48,143 nucleotides of DNA from Microgenomates group bacterium GW2011_GWF2_46_18 (lineage in GTDB: Bacteria; Patescibacteriota; Microgenomatia; UBA1400; UBA12108): assembly GCA_001002415.1 (NCBI GenBank), contig LCMB01000006.1, positions 1 to 48,143 on the forward strand. The letters are read 5' to 3'. This document shows, piece by piece, positions 27,942-39,433 of this stretch. A program made the translations under genes and the position numbers. Position 1 is the stretch's first letter. Every line of letters begins with the position of its first letter. Below the pieces are notes generated by a model. It was not told the origin of the DNA, made no database searches, and worked only from the letters and a program-made list of their open reading frames with translations.

Positions 27942-29003
27942 TTACGTAACTTTCCCAACAACTCGGTTAACTTCTTCGACGTTGCTGGCATACTCCCTAG
28001 CTACCGGCAAAGTAATCTTCCCAGCTTTGTAAGCCTCAACCAACGCCATATCCATTGTCTTCATCCCCACCTCGCTCGAAGTCTGCATCACATTCGTCAG
28101 CATGTGAGTTTTCCCTTCCCGGATTAATGACCGTACCGCCGAGTTGGCGAGCATAGTTTCGACCACCACCATTCTCCCTCCGCTTGCCGCTGGGATCAAC
28201 CGCTGGGAAACTACTGCCTCAAGGGACATCGATAGCTGGGCCCGCACCTGTTGTTGCTGTTCCTCCGGGAACACGTCCACAATCCGGTCGATCGTCTGGG
28301 CCGCACTACTGGTATGCAAAGTGGCGAGAACCAAATGTCCCGTCTCCGCGATGAGTAAAGCACTCTCGATCGTCTCGTAGTCCCGCATCTCCCCAATTAA
28401 AACGACATTGGGATCCTCCCGAAGAACACTCTTCAAAGCCACTGACCAGCCATGGGTATCCGAATGGAGTTCTCGCTGTGAAATCAAACTTTTTTGCGGC
28501 GTATAAATAAACTCGATGGGGTCCTCAATCGTCACAATATGCTCCCCCCGCTCATTATTAATCCGCTCAATCATCGCCGCCAAAGTCGTTGATTTCCCGT
28601 GGCCGGTTGGACCCGTGACCAAAATTAAGCCCTGTTTTAATGAAGTAAGTCTTCCCAATAATTGGGGTAAACCCAACTCTTCCAGTGACTTAATCTGGTT
28701 AGGAATATAGCGAAGCGCCGCCGCCAAATTGCCCTTTTCGTAATATACATTCGTCCTAAACCGAGCTCCGTTATTTAACGAATAAGAAAAATCTAGCTCC
28801 CGATCCACCTGCACCAGCTCTCGCTGGGACTGGCTCATTAAAGGGCTAATTAACTCGCTCGCTATCGCCGGTGTTACTACTTGCGAGTCCGGCACCACCA
28901 CCAACTGTCCGTTTAATCGTAGTGACGGTGGGGTTCCGACCAGGATATGCACATCGCTAGCTCGGTACTGTACACACATCTCTAAGATTTTCTTGATTTC
29001 CAT
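27942..29003 (-). CDS. pilT: type IV pilus retraction ATPase PilT
   Basis: ASDVHI, GPTGHGKSTT, TIEDPIE, LREDPNVVLIGEMRD, AETGHLV, AVRSLIRE (AIRNLIRE-like). Confidence 0.96.
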   Translation of the reverse strand: MEIKKILEMCVQYRASDVHILVGTPPSLRLNGQLVVVPDSQVVTPAIASELISPLMSQSQRELVQVDRELDFSYSLNNGARFRTNVYYEKGNLAAALRYIPNQIKSLEELGLPQLLGRLTSLKQGLILVTGPTGHGKSTTLAAMIERINNERGEHIVTIEDPIEFIYTPQKSLISQRELHSDTHGWSVALKSVLREDPNVVLIGEMRDYETIESALLIAETGHLVLATLHTSSAAQTIDRIVDVFPEEQQQQVRAQLSMSLEAVVSQRLIPAASGGRMVVVETMLANSAVRSLIREGKTHMLTNVMQTSSEVGMKTMDMALVEAYKAGKITLPVAREYASNVEEVNRVVGKVT

Positions 29004-29020
29004 ATTGTTTCCTTTCCCGT

Positions 29021-30736
29021 TTATGTTTTGGCTACCCTCATCACTTCTTCGAGAGTAGTCACTCCCTCCAAAGCTTTTAAGTAGCCGTCTTGTTGCATGA
29101 GTACCATCCCGTCCATTACCGCCGCCTGCTCAATCTGCACGGCTGGGGCGCGCTCCAGTATCAGCTTACCAATCTTTTCCGTCACTTTCAAAACTTCAAA
29201 TATCGCCAGTCTTCCCATATATCCCGTCTCCCCGCAAGCCTCACACTTTCTTCCTCGCTTTAATGTGATTGGTTTGCCATTGAGCTGTGATACGTACGAA
29301 TCAAACAATGGCCCCAAGACCTGTTTCATCTCCGCCAATACCTCGGCAGGGGGAGTATAGGCTTCTTGACACTTTTCACACACTTTCCGTACCACCCGTT
29401 GTGCCACCACACAAGTCATCGATGAGGCGAGCAAAAATGGCTCCGCCCGCATATCCAGTAACCGGGGCAGTGCTCCCGAAGAAGAATTGGTATGCAAAGT
29501 CGAAAACACCAAGTGGCCAGTCAAAGATGCCTGAATTGCCAACTCCGCGGTCTCGTTATCCCGAATCTCTCCCACCATAATAATATTCGGGTCTTGTCGC
29601 AAAAATGACCTAAGTCCCGTAGCAAAGGTGAGTCCTGCCTTAGGATTAATCTGAACCTGGTTCACTCCGTCTATCTGGTACTCAACCGGATCCTCCAAGG
29701 TCACAATATTCACCTTAGGAGTATTTAAAACATGCAGAACTGAGTATAGGGTAGTGGTTTTCCCGCTTCCGGTTGGACCGGTAATCAACACAATCCCGTG
29801 CGGCACATGGATCGAATCTTCCACATTTTTAAGTGCCATCCCCCGTAGTCCCAACTCGGCCAAACTTGGGACATTACTGCTTTTCCGAAGTAAACGCATC
29901 ACGATCTTTTCCCCATCTACTGTTGGGAGTGACGATACCCGCAAATCCACCTCTTGCTCACCGATCCTAAAAGTAAACCGTCCATCCTGTGGCACCCTTC
30001 GCTCATCGATCTTCATCTCTCCCAAAATCTTCACCCGCGAGATAACCCCATCATGAACTTTTTTGGGCAATACCAACTTTTCCTGCAAAATTCCATCAAT
30101 CCGATAACGTACCCGGGTATGATCTTCCAACGGCTCAATATGAATATCCGAAGCTCGGGCTTTGATCGCAAACTCCAAAACTGTAGCTACGATCTTGGCA
30201 ATCGGTGCCTCTCGAATGACGTCGCCCAATCGCTCCACATCCACCACTCTTTTGGTCAACTCTCCCTCACCGCTTTCTTTAAGTACTTGGGTAACTTCCG
30301 CACTCAAACTCTGGGCATACCGTTTGGGAATTTCTTCAAGTAGCTCCTCCGCAACTGCCAAATGTGGAGTAATTTTGGCCTTCGACTTAGCTTCCAAAAA
30401 CGCCACCGTCTGCAAATCCAAGGGGTTTTCCATGGCGACTGACAAAAGATTTTCCTTAGTGTCATACGCAAAGGGGAGAGCCCGATAATACTCCGCCACC
30501 GATTCTGGTATTTTTGCCAAAGCTTCTGGCGAAGAAGCCAGTGACGACAAATTCACAAACGGCACATTATGAACTTTGGCCTTGGCTTTCATCAACGCGT
30601 CTGGCGGGATCAACCCCGACTTCTCCACCAATTCATCCAGTGGTGTCCCACTGGCAAAACTCTGCTGTTGTAAGCGTGTGAAATCTGCTTCCGGCAGAAG
30701 ACCGTCCGTTTTGAGGACGAGGGCAAGATCCTGCAT
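29021..30736 (-). CDS. pilB: type IV pilus extension ATPase PilB (GspE family)
   Basis: ASDIHIEP, RYRIDG, PQDGR, GPTGSGKTTT, LRQDPNIIMVGEIRD, CxxC...CxxC, GYMGR. Confidence 0.96.
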   Translation of the reverse strand: MQDLALVLKTDGLLPEADFTRLQQQSFASGTPLDELVEKSGLIPPDALMKAKAKVHNVPFVNLSSLASSPEALAKIPESVAEYYRALPFAYDTKENLLSVAMENPLDLQTVAFLEAKSKAKITPHLAVAEELLEEIPKRYAQSLSAEVTQVLKESGEGELTKRVVDVERLGDVIREAPIAKIVATVLEFAIKARASDIHIEPLEDHTRVRYRIDGILQEKLVLPKKVHDGVISRVKILGEMKIDERRVPQDGRFTFRIGEQEVDLRVSSLPTVDGEKIVMRLLRKSSNVPSLAELGLRGMALKNVEDSIHVPHGIVLITGPTGSGKTTTLYSVLHVLNTPKVNIVTLEDPVEYQIDGVNQVQINPKAGLTFATGLRSFLRQDPNIIMVGEIRDNETAELAIQASLTGHLVFSTLHTNSSSGALPRLLDMRAEPFLLASSMTCVVAQRVVRKVCEKCQEAYTPPAEVLAEMKQVLGPLFDSYVSQLNGKPITLKRGRKCEACGETGYMGRLAIFEVLKVTEKIGKLILERAPAVQIEQAAVMDGMVLMQQDGYLKALEGVTTLEEVMRVAKT

Positions 30737-30758
30737 AACTCCATGCTAACATATCCTT

Positions 30759-31403
30759 ATGCTTCCTACCATTATCGACCATGGATCTCTCTCTTCCCGT
30801 GCCGCCCATATTCTCTCTCTGGTTGAGCCCACCACAACTGAGCTTATTCATCTCACTGCTTCTTTAACAAGTATCGGTATCCCTCAAATCCACGCCCTGC
30901 TTAAAACTCTCTCCCTCTCTCCCGTTCTCTCTAGAATAGTTTGGCTCGAAGAAGCCAACCTCCTAACTATTCCCGCTAGTAATGCACTTTTAAAACTGCT
31001 CGAAGAACCACCCTCTCGTACGCATTTTTACCTAACTTGCCCCACTTCCGCTAGTCTTTTACCGACCATCCGCTCTCGCTGTCAAATTATTACCCTTCCT
31101 TCCATCACTCCGCCTGCCACCTCCCAACTCTCTGTGATTAAATCGGCCCTCTCCGCCTCGGCTGGTGATCGGCTCCTCTTAGCTCAAACTCTCCCTTCCG
31201 ACAAAACCCAAGCCCTGGCCTGGCTTGCTTCCTTACTTGTGGAAATTCACGCCCTGCTATCCCAAACCATCGCTCCCAATAGCCGCCTTCTCCTGGTCAA
31301 AATTGCCCGCTTAGCCCATCAAACTCATACTCAGCTTGTGAGTAATGTCAACGTCAATTTGGCTCTCGGCAACCTCTTTCTTCACCTCCCCAAATCCAAA
31401 TAA
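30759..31403 (+). CDS. holB: DNA polymerase III delta' subunit-like (reduced)
   Basis: EEANLLTIPASNALLKLLEEPP...LLPTIRSRC, ending NVNVNLAL; N-terminal P-loop/Zn region missing. Confidence 0.85.
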   Translation: MLPTIIDHGSLSSRAAHILSLVEPTTTELIHLTASLTSIGIPQIHALLKTLSLSPVLSRIVWLEEANLLTIPASNALLKLLEEPPSRTHFYLTCPTSASLLPTIRSRCQIITLPSITPPATSQLSVIKSALSASAGDRLLLAQTLPSDKTQALAWLASLLVEIHALLSQTIAPNSRLLLVKIARLAHQTHTQLVSNVNVNLALGNLFLHLPKSK

Positions 31404-33440
<2,037 letters not shown>

Positions 33441-33466
33441 TTAGTAACATTAATATAGGAGACCAT

Positions 33467-33961
33467 ATGACCGACTCAACCAAAAATATTACCGTCTTTA
33501 TCGAAATCCCCGAGGGTAGTCACGTCAAATATGAGCGGGACGAAAAAACTGGGATGCTGATGGCCGACCGGATCCTTCACACCCCCATGAGCTTCCCCTT
33601 TAACTATGGCTGTGTCTTGGGTACCCAAGGCGAAGATGGGGACCCCACTGATATCGTTCTCTTAGCTTCCGAACGCCTAGTTCCCGGAGTCGGCATCAAA
33701 GCCCAACTAATTGGCATGCTCGAAATGGAAGATGAAGAGGGGGTAGATACCAAGCTCATTGCTGTCCCAATTAAAAAAGTCGATCCACTCTTCGGTGACT
33801 GGACCGACGTCTCGGATATTCCGGCTCATACTCAGAACAAAATCAAACATTTTTTTGATCACTACAAAGATCTCGAACCCGGCAAATTTGTCAAAACTGG
33901 CCGATTTCTGGGAGCCGAGGAAGCCATAAAAGTATTAACCGCTGATCTTCAAAGGAAATAA
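33467..33961 (+). CDS. ppa: inorganic pyrophosphatase (family I)
   Basis: EIPEGSHVKYE, PFNYG, DGDPTD, MEDEEGVDTK, FFDHYKDLEPGK; AGGAG RBS. Confidence 0.96.
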   Translation: MTDSTKNITVFIEIPEGSHVKYERDEKTGMLMADRILHTPMSFPFNYGCVLGTQGEDGDPTDIVLLASERLVPGVGIKAQLIGMLEMEDEEGVDTKLIAVPIKKVDPLFGDWTDVSDIPAHTQNKIKHFFDHYKDLEPGKFVKTGRFLGAEEAIKVLTADLQRK

Positions 33962-36900
33962 ATGTCCGACGACAATCTCTTGCGCCCCCTTGATTTGGAT
34001 GATGATTCCTCAACTGTCGAGGATACTCCTCCTTCAACTCCAGCTTTAACCGCTCAAGAAGGCGGCATGCTCGTGGGCGCCCAAAAAGCTTGGGATATCA
34101 AAGATACCGAGTTTGGCAAAATTGCCAGCGTTCAAGTCGTCGACGAGATGAAAAAGAGCTATCTCGATTACGCCATGAGCGTGATCGTCAGCCGTGCCTT
34201 ACCTGACGCCAGAGATGGTCTCAAACCAGTCCATCGCCGTATTCTCTATGGCATGAAGGAGCTCGCGCTCACTCACCCCGCCAAATATAAAAAATGTGCC
34301 CGTATCGTCGGAGAAGTGTTGGGTAAATACCACCCACACGGCGATAGTGCGGTTTATGAGGCTTTAGCTCGCCTAGCCCAAGACTTTTCTATGCGCTACC
34401 TCCTGGTCGATGGCCAAGGTAACTTTGGAAGTGTCGATGGGGATTCTCCCGCCGCCATGCGTTATACCGAAGCCAGGCTTGCCAAGATTACTAGCGAACT
34501 CTTGTCCGATTTAGACAAAAAGACCGTGGACTGGATCGACAACTTTGATGGTACTTTCCAAGAACCAACTGTCCTTCCAGCCCTTCTACCTAACCTACTT
34601 CTAATGGGTAGCGACGGCATTGCCGTTGGGATGGCCACCAAAATCCCCACTCATAATCTAAGTGAAGTCGTTGATGCACTTACTACTCTGATTCACCAAG
34701 TTGACTCAGCCAGTTTGCCTGATCTTACTAATTTCACTGACGAAACTATTGTTTCCGCACCCCACTCTGACCTAACCGGCGAATTTAACTCAACTGCCAC
34801 CGTTGACGACTTGCTGACAAGTATCCAAGGACCCGACTTCCCAACCGGCGGGATTATCTACGACGCCTCCGCCATTCGCGAAGTTTACGCGACAGGCAAA
34901 GGCAAAGTAATAACCCGTGCCGTCGCCGACATCGAAGAAACCAAAACTGGCAAATTCCAGATCATCGTTACCGAAATTCCTTATCAAGTCAACAAAGCCA
35001 AGTTAATCCAAAAGATCGCTGATTTGGTCCGTGACAAAAAAATTGATGGGATCAGTGACTTAAGAGACGAATCTGACCGGGAAGGCTTACGTATCGTCAT
35101 CGAACTCAAAAAAGCCAGTAAACCCAAAAGTGTTTTAAACAATCTATTTAAACACACCGAACTCCAAAGTAGTTTCCCCGCCAATATGGTTGCTCTCGAT
35201 GGCAAAGGCACTCCTCACCTCATGAATCTCAAAACTATTTTGACCCACTATGTGCAACATCGCCAAATGGTGATCGTCAGGCGCAGCCAATTTGAACTGC
35301 AAGAAGCCAAAGCTAGGATTCACATTCTCGAAGGTTTTATCAAAGCCCTCGATAATTTGGACGCCGTCATCGAAACCATCAAAAAAAGCAAAGATACCGA
35401 TGATGCCAAAAAGAACTTGATCCAGAAATTTGGTTTCAGTGATATCCAAGCCACCGCCATCCTCGATCTTCAGCTCCGCCGTCTCTCCGCCCTCGAACGT
35501 CAGAAAATCGAAGACGAATACAACGCCATTCTCCAAACTATCAAGGCTTTATTGGCCCTCCTCCATAACCCCCAGGCAGTCCTCGATACTATTATCACAG
35601 AACTTTCGGCTCTCAAAAAAGAATACGGCGATCCTAGACGGACCAAAGTAGTCAAAGGCAAGCTCGGCGAATTTAGCGAAGAAGATTTAGTTGCCTCGGT
35701 TGATAACCTGGTTGTGATTACCCGCGAAGGCTACATCAAACGCATGCCTCTCAACTCCTACCGTACCCAGAGGCGCGGCGGCAAAGGTGTGGTCGGCATG
35801 ACTACCAAAGACGAAGATGAGGTTCTCCACATGACTGTCGCCAACACTCATGACTACTGTCTCTTCTTTACCGACCTTGGCAAAGTTTACGCCATTCGTG
35901 CCTTCGAGCTTCCCGAAGGCTCCCGTCAAGCCAAAGGCCAAGCCATCATTAATTTACTCAGTATTGAACAAGACGAAAAAGTTCAGGCTCTCCTTACCCT
36001 AACCAAAGCCAACTTTGCCGACCAATCCCACTTTGTCACCATGGCCACCCAAAAAGGCATGGTCAAAAAGACCCCGCTTGCGGAATATGAAAGTATTAGA
36101 ACTAGCGGCAAGATCGGTATCTCCTTAAGAGATAACGATAAGCTCGTCAAAGTGGTTCTAAGTAACGGCCAAAACTACATTGTCCTGATTACCGCTCTGG
36201 GCAAATCCATCAAATTCAAAGAAACCGACGTGACCGCGACAGGCCGGGACACCATGGGAGTCAAGGGGATGACCCTCAAACCCGAAGATAAAGTCCTAAC
36301 TATGGAAACCGTTGAGATCAAACCCCCCAAACCTGATGATAAACGGCGCAAATTCTTCCGGGAAATCCTGGTTGTTACTGAGCATGGGCTCGGCAAACGC
36401 ACGAACGTTGAGGAGTATCCCGAGCAAAAACGGGGAGGGCAGGGGGTCAAAGTGGCCGAACTCTCCGACAAAACTGGTCAAGTTGCCGCGATCCGCCTAG
36501 TCACCGAAGATGACGAGCAGGTCGTCATTACTACCAAAGCTGCCCAGGTCATTAAGCTTCCGCTCAAAAACATCAAAGTCTTGGGTCGCTCAACCCAGGG
36601 AGTTATCTTGATGCGCCCCCACCCGGGCGATGTTGTGACCAGTGTCACCACCCTCCAAGAAAAAGACGATACCATTTGGACTGTCCCCGACTCAGAACGG
36701 CAACTCGAAAAAACTTGGATTCTTGGAGAAATCACCCGCCTTGGGGAAGATAGTTTACTCAAATTGTGCCAGTCAGCCGCTCAGCAACGTCAACATGCCT
36801 ATGTTCCCTACTCCCATTATCAAGTTGGTGTTGCCATTCTGGCAAAATCAGGCCAAGTGTATTTGGGCAACAATGTCGAAAGGGTAAGCTACAGCGAAAC

Positions 36901-37162
36901 CGACCACGGTGAAGAAGCCGCCATCACCAACGCAGTTATTCAAGGAGAAGTCGAACAAAGTGGCCGGAAATTTTTAGTTGCTCTTGCCTGCGCCCATTCC
37001 GGTGATAGCGCTCCGTGTGGTCGCTGCCGTCAGATTATGGCCGAGCACGCGGATAATTGTCTTGTTCTAGTCGCAGATCCTAAGGGGAATGTTAAACGTG
37101 TGACTAGTCTCAAAACTTTGCTTCCCTATGCCTTTACTCCTACCCACCTAGGAATCAGCTAA
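33962..37162 (+). CDS. gyrA: DNA gyrase subunit A fused to a C-terminal cytidine deaminase domain
   Basis: [36 protein letters not shown], GyrA-box QRRGGKG, beta-pinwheel blades. Then in frame: [11 protein letters not shown]...GNNVE...DHGEE...PCGRCRQ...LLPYAF. Confidence 0.96.
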   Translation: MSDDNLLRPLDLDDDSSTVEDTPPSTPALTAQEGGMLVGAQKAWDIKDTEFGKIASVQVVDEMKKSYLDYAMSVIVSRALPDARDGLKPVHRRILYGMKELALTHPAKYKKCARIVGEVLGKYHPHGDSAVYEALARLAQDFSMRYLLVDGQGNFGSVDGDSPAAMRYTEARLAKITSELLSDLDKKTVDWIDNFDGTFQEPTVLPALLPNLLLMGSDGIAVGMATKIPTHNLSEVVDALTTLIHQVDSASLPDLTNFTDETIVSAPHSDLTGEFNSTATVDDLLTSIQGPDFPTGGIIYDASAIREVYATGKGKVITRAVADIEETKTGKFQIIVTEIPYQVNKAKLIQKIADLVRDKKIDGISDLRDESDREGLRIVIELKKASKPKSVLNNLFKHTELQSSFPANMVALDGKGTPHLMNLKTILTHYVQHRQMVIVRRSQFELQEAKARIHILEGFIKALDNLDAVIETIKKSKDTDDAKKNLIQKFGFSDIQATAILDLQLRRLSALERQKIEDEYNAILQTIKALLALLHNPQAVLDTIITELSALKKEYGDPRRTKVVKGKLGEFSEEDLVASVDNLVVITREGYIKRMPLNSYRTQRRGGKGVVGMTTKDEDEVLHMTVANTHDYCLFFTDLGKVYAIRAFELPEGSRQAKGQAIINLLSIEQDEKVQALLTLTKANFADQSHFVTMATQKGMVKKTPLAEYESIRTSGKIGISLRDNDKLVKVVLSNGQNYIVLITALGKSIKFKETDVTATGRDTMGVKGMTLKPEDKVLTMETVEIKPPKPDDKRRKFFREILVVTEHGLGKRTNVEEYPEQKRGGQGVKVAELSDKTGQVAAIRLVTEDDEQVVITTKAAQVIKLPLKNIKVLGRSTQGVILMRPHPGDVVTSVTTLQEKDDTIWTVPDSERQLEKTWILGEITRLGEDSLLKLCQSAAQQRQHAYVPYSHYQVGVAILAKSGQVYLGNNVERVSYSETDHGEEAAITNAVIQGEVEQSGRKFLVALACAHSGDSAPCGRCRQIMAEHADNCLVLVADPKGNVKRVTSLKTLLPYAFTPTHLGIS
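36670..37162 (+). other. cytidine deaminase (CDA) domain at the GyrA C-terminus
   Basis: Zn motifs H-G-E and P-C-G-R-C; NVE sugar-binding motif; AYxPYS and LLPxAF signatures of nucleoside CDA. Confidence 0.92.
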
Positions 37163-37187
37163 CTACGAGGGTTGATCCCTTGTAGTT
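37161..37187 (+). terminator. stem-loop after gyrA-cda
   Basis: AACTACGAGGG-TTGAT-CCCTTGTAGTT, 11-bp stem with one G-U pair; weak U tail. Confidence 0.55.
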
Positions 37188-37219
37188 GTGGTTAATAACC
37201 ATATATTTAGCCTACAAGT

Positions 37220-37247
37220 TTGACTTTATAACTAAAAGATATATAGT
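37220..37247 (+). promoter_or_regulatory. promoter of alr-ddl
   Basis: TTGACT (37220-37225), 16 nt spacer, TATAGT (37242-37247), 6 nt, ATG. Confidence 0.6.
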
Positions 37248-37253
37248 GGAGAT

Positions 37254-38363
37254 ATGCCACAGTATCGGGTCCTTAACGAAATAACTGTCAAAAAGTCCGC
37301 TCTCCTCCATAACTATAATTATTTTAAAAAGCTTAACCCTCAAGCCCAACTCGCCCCTGTTCTTAAAAGTAACGCCTACGGTCACGGCCTAATTCCTACC
37401 GCTCAATTTATCGATCAAAATCTTTCTCAAGTTCCCTTCCTCTGTGTCGACTCTCTCTATGAAGCCTATGAATTGTATAAAGCTGGGATCAAAACCCCGA
37501 TCTTTATCATGGGCTACACCGACCCTGCTAATTATCAGGTCTGGAAAAACATTCCCTTTATCTTTGGTGTCTCAGACTGTGAGACTCTCCTGGCGCTTAA
37601 CAAGTATCAGCCAGGGTCCCGCGTCCATCTCAAGTTAGATACCGGGATGCACCGCCTAGGTTTCACCCTCGCCGACTTACCCCAACTGCTTTCCACTCTC
37701 AAACACTGTCCTCATCTCCGCCTAGAGGGAGTTTTTTCTCATTTGGCTTCGGCCGATGATCCTCGGCAAGTTACCGCTACCCGCCGCCAGATCGCGTTAT
37801 TCAAACAAATGACTACTCTTCTCGAAGCCAAAGGTTACCATTTTTCCCTCCGCCACCTTGCCGCCACTGCTGGATCAGAAATTATTCATGATCCCTATTT
37901 TAATTTGATCCGTCTAGGGCTCGGTTTCTATGGGCTCTCTCCCTTTGGCCCTCATACCAAAGAGGGTAGGCGCGAGCGCCAAACTCTCAAACCTGCTCTA
38001 ACTCTGACAACCCACGTTGCGGCCGTGAAAAACCTGGCTAAAGGTGATGCCGTGGGCTACGGTGCCGCTTACGTCGCTAAACAGCAGGAAGCAATTGCAA
38101 TTCTCCCCTTGGGGTATAACGAAGGCATCTCGCGCGAACTTAGTAACCTAGGTTACTTTATTCTGCCCTCGAAGGAAATTTGCCCGATCATCGGCCGCGT
38201 CAGTATGAACATGACCGCCATCAAACTCCCACGGAGGACTAATCTCAAACCCGGCGCTTCCCTAACCCTTGCCCCCATCCAAGCCCAGGCCCAACTTCTC
38301 CACACAATCCCATATACTATCCTTACTAGCCTTCATCCCTCAATCAGGAGGACCTTTATCTGA
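37254..38363 (+). CDS. alr: alanine racemase
   Basis: PLP lysine motif VLKSNAYGHG, HLKLDTGMHRLG, SHLASAD, VGYG, IIGRVSMNM. Confidence 0.97.
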   Translation: MPQYRVLNEITVKKSALLHNYNYFKKLNPQAQLAPVLKSNAYGHGLIPTAQFIDQNLSQVPFLCVDSLYEAYELYKAGIKTPIFIMGYTDPANYQVWKNIPFIFGVSDCETLLALNKYQPGSRVHLKLDTGMHRLGFTLADLPQLLSTLKHCPHLRLEGVFSHLASADDPRQVTATRRQIALFKQMTTLLEAKGYHFSLRHLAATAGSEIIHDPYFNLIRLGLGFYGLSPFGPHTKEGRRERQTLKPALTLTTHVAAVKNLAKGDAVGYGAAYVAKQQEAIAILPLGYNEGISRELSNLGYFILPSKEICPIIGRVSMNMTAIKLPRRTNLKPGASLTLAPIQAQAQLLHTIPYTILTSLHPSIRRTFI

Positions 38364-39376
38364 AAACTCGTCTCGTTATTATCCAAGGTGGAACCAATAC
38401 CGAACACGAAATCAGTCTGATCTCGGCCAAGGGTATCCTGGCCAATCTTAATCGCCGTAAATATCAAGTTAAAGTTTTGACGATTACCCAAGACAATCGT
38501 TGGGTCGACGAGCAGGGTAGGGGAGTCGACCCTTTTTCTCTCCCTACTTTTGCTGATCTAGTCTTCCCCATACTTCATGGCCCCTACGGCGAGGATGGCA
38601 CCATCCAAGGCCTTCTCGAACTTTTACGCCTCCCCTATGTCGGCTGCGGAGTCACGGCATCTGCTGTTTGTATGGACAAAGTATTGCAAAAAAATGTCTG
38701 TCAAAGTTATTCAATTCCACTCGTTCCCTACTTCTGGTTTACCCGCAGAGAGTGGGATCATGACCAAGAACAAGTCCTCAAATCTCTTTCCCAAAAATTT
38801 CCGTCCACTAATTTTCCTCTTTTTGTGAAACCGGCTAACCAGGGTAGTAGCGTCGGGATCACCAAAGCCCACCACCAAACCGAGCTAATTTCAGGTATTG
38901 AAACTGCGCTCATCCGTGATACCAAAGTCGTAGTCGAAATAGCCGTGTCAGACGTGCGCGAGATCGAATGCGCCGTTCTCGATCCCAACGATTCTCCTCA
39001 AGCATCGGTCTTGGGAGAAATCATTCCTGACCGCGAGTTCTACGATTACTCTGCCAAATATGCAGATAGTCAAAGCCAGGCTATTATCCCTGCCCAACTT
39101 TCCAAAAAGCTTACCGAGCAAATCCAAAGTGTTGCCATCAAAGCCTTCCGCGTACTAGACTGTTACGGTCTCGCTCGCCTGGATTTTCTAGTTAACGGGG
39201 CAACTAGCGAATTCTATCTTAACGAAGTTAATACGATGCCCGGCTTTACCCCCATCAGTATGTATCCTAAACTCTGGGAGGCTACTGGTCTCGCTTACTC
39301 CGATCTACTCGACCGACTGATTGAGCTCGCCTTCGCTCGCTTCCGCGAGAAATCCGCCCTCAACCTCATCCACTAA
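38360..39376 (+). CDS. ddl: D-alanine--D-alanine ligase (CTG start inferred)
   Basis: (M)KTRLVIIQGGTNTEHEISLISA N-terminal motif lies upstream of the ORF-track start; LHGPYGEDGTIQG, KPANQGSSVG, FYDYSAKY, NEVNTMPGFT. AGGAGG sits 8 nt before CTG 38360. Confidence 0.95.
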   Translation: MKTRLVIIQGGTNTEHEISLISAKGILANLNRRKYQVKVLTITQDNRWVDEQGRGVDPFSLPTFADLVFPILHGPYGEDGTIQGLLELLRLPYVGCGVTASAVCMDKVLQKNVCQSYSIPLVPYFWFTRREWDHDQEQVLKSLSQKFPSTNFPLFVKPANQGSSVGITKAHHQTELISGIETALIRDTKVVVEIAVSDVREIECAVLDPNDSPQASVLGEIIPDREFYDYSAKYADSQSQAIIPAQLSKKLTEQIQSVAIKAFRVLDCYGLARLDFLVNGATSEFYLNEVNTMPGFTPISMYPKLWEATGLAYSDLLDRLIELAFARFREKSALNLIH

Positions 39377-39384
39377 TTCACCCA

Positions 39385-39424
39385 CATCTGCTAACATTTG
39401 ACAATATCTGCCAATATCTGCTAA
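39385..39424 (+). repeat. four 10-bp direct repeats overlapping the fic promoter (putative operator)
   Basis: CATCTGCTAA-CATTTGACAA-TATCTGCCAA-TATCTGCTAA; the second unit contains TTGACA (39398-39403). Confidence 0.8.
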
Positions 39425-39433
39425 TAATGGAGT

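Noticed and set aside
33962-36670. Topoisomerase IV (parE/parC) instead of gyrase
   Set aside because: The canonical GyrA-box QRRGGKG and a full pinwheel CTD are present.
36670-37162. Intein or APOBEC/DddA-like DNA deaminase toxin in GyrA
   Set aside because: No intein splice motifs and the domain is terminal; its motifs match nucleoside cytidine deaminase rather than polynucleotide deaminases, so DNA editing remains speculation only.
39385-39424. CRISPR array or replication iterons
   Set aside because: The units are 10 bp, contiguous and spacer-less; no cas or rep gene nearby. No CRISPR array was seen anywhere in the window.
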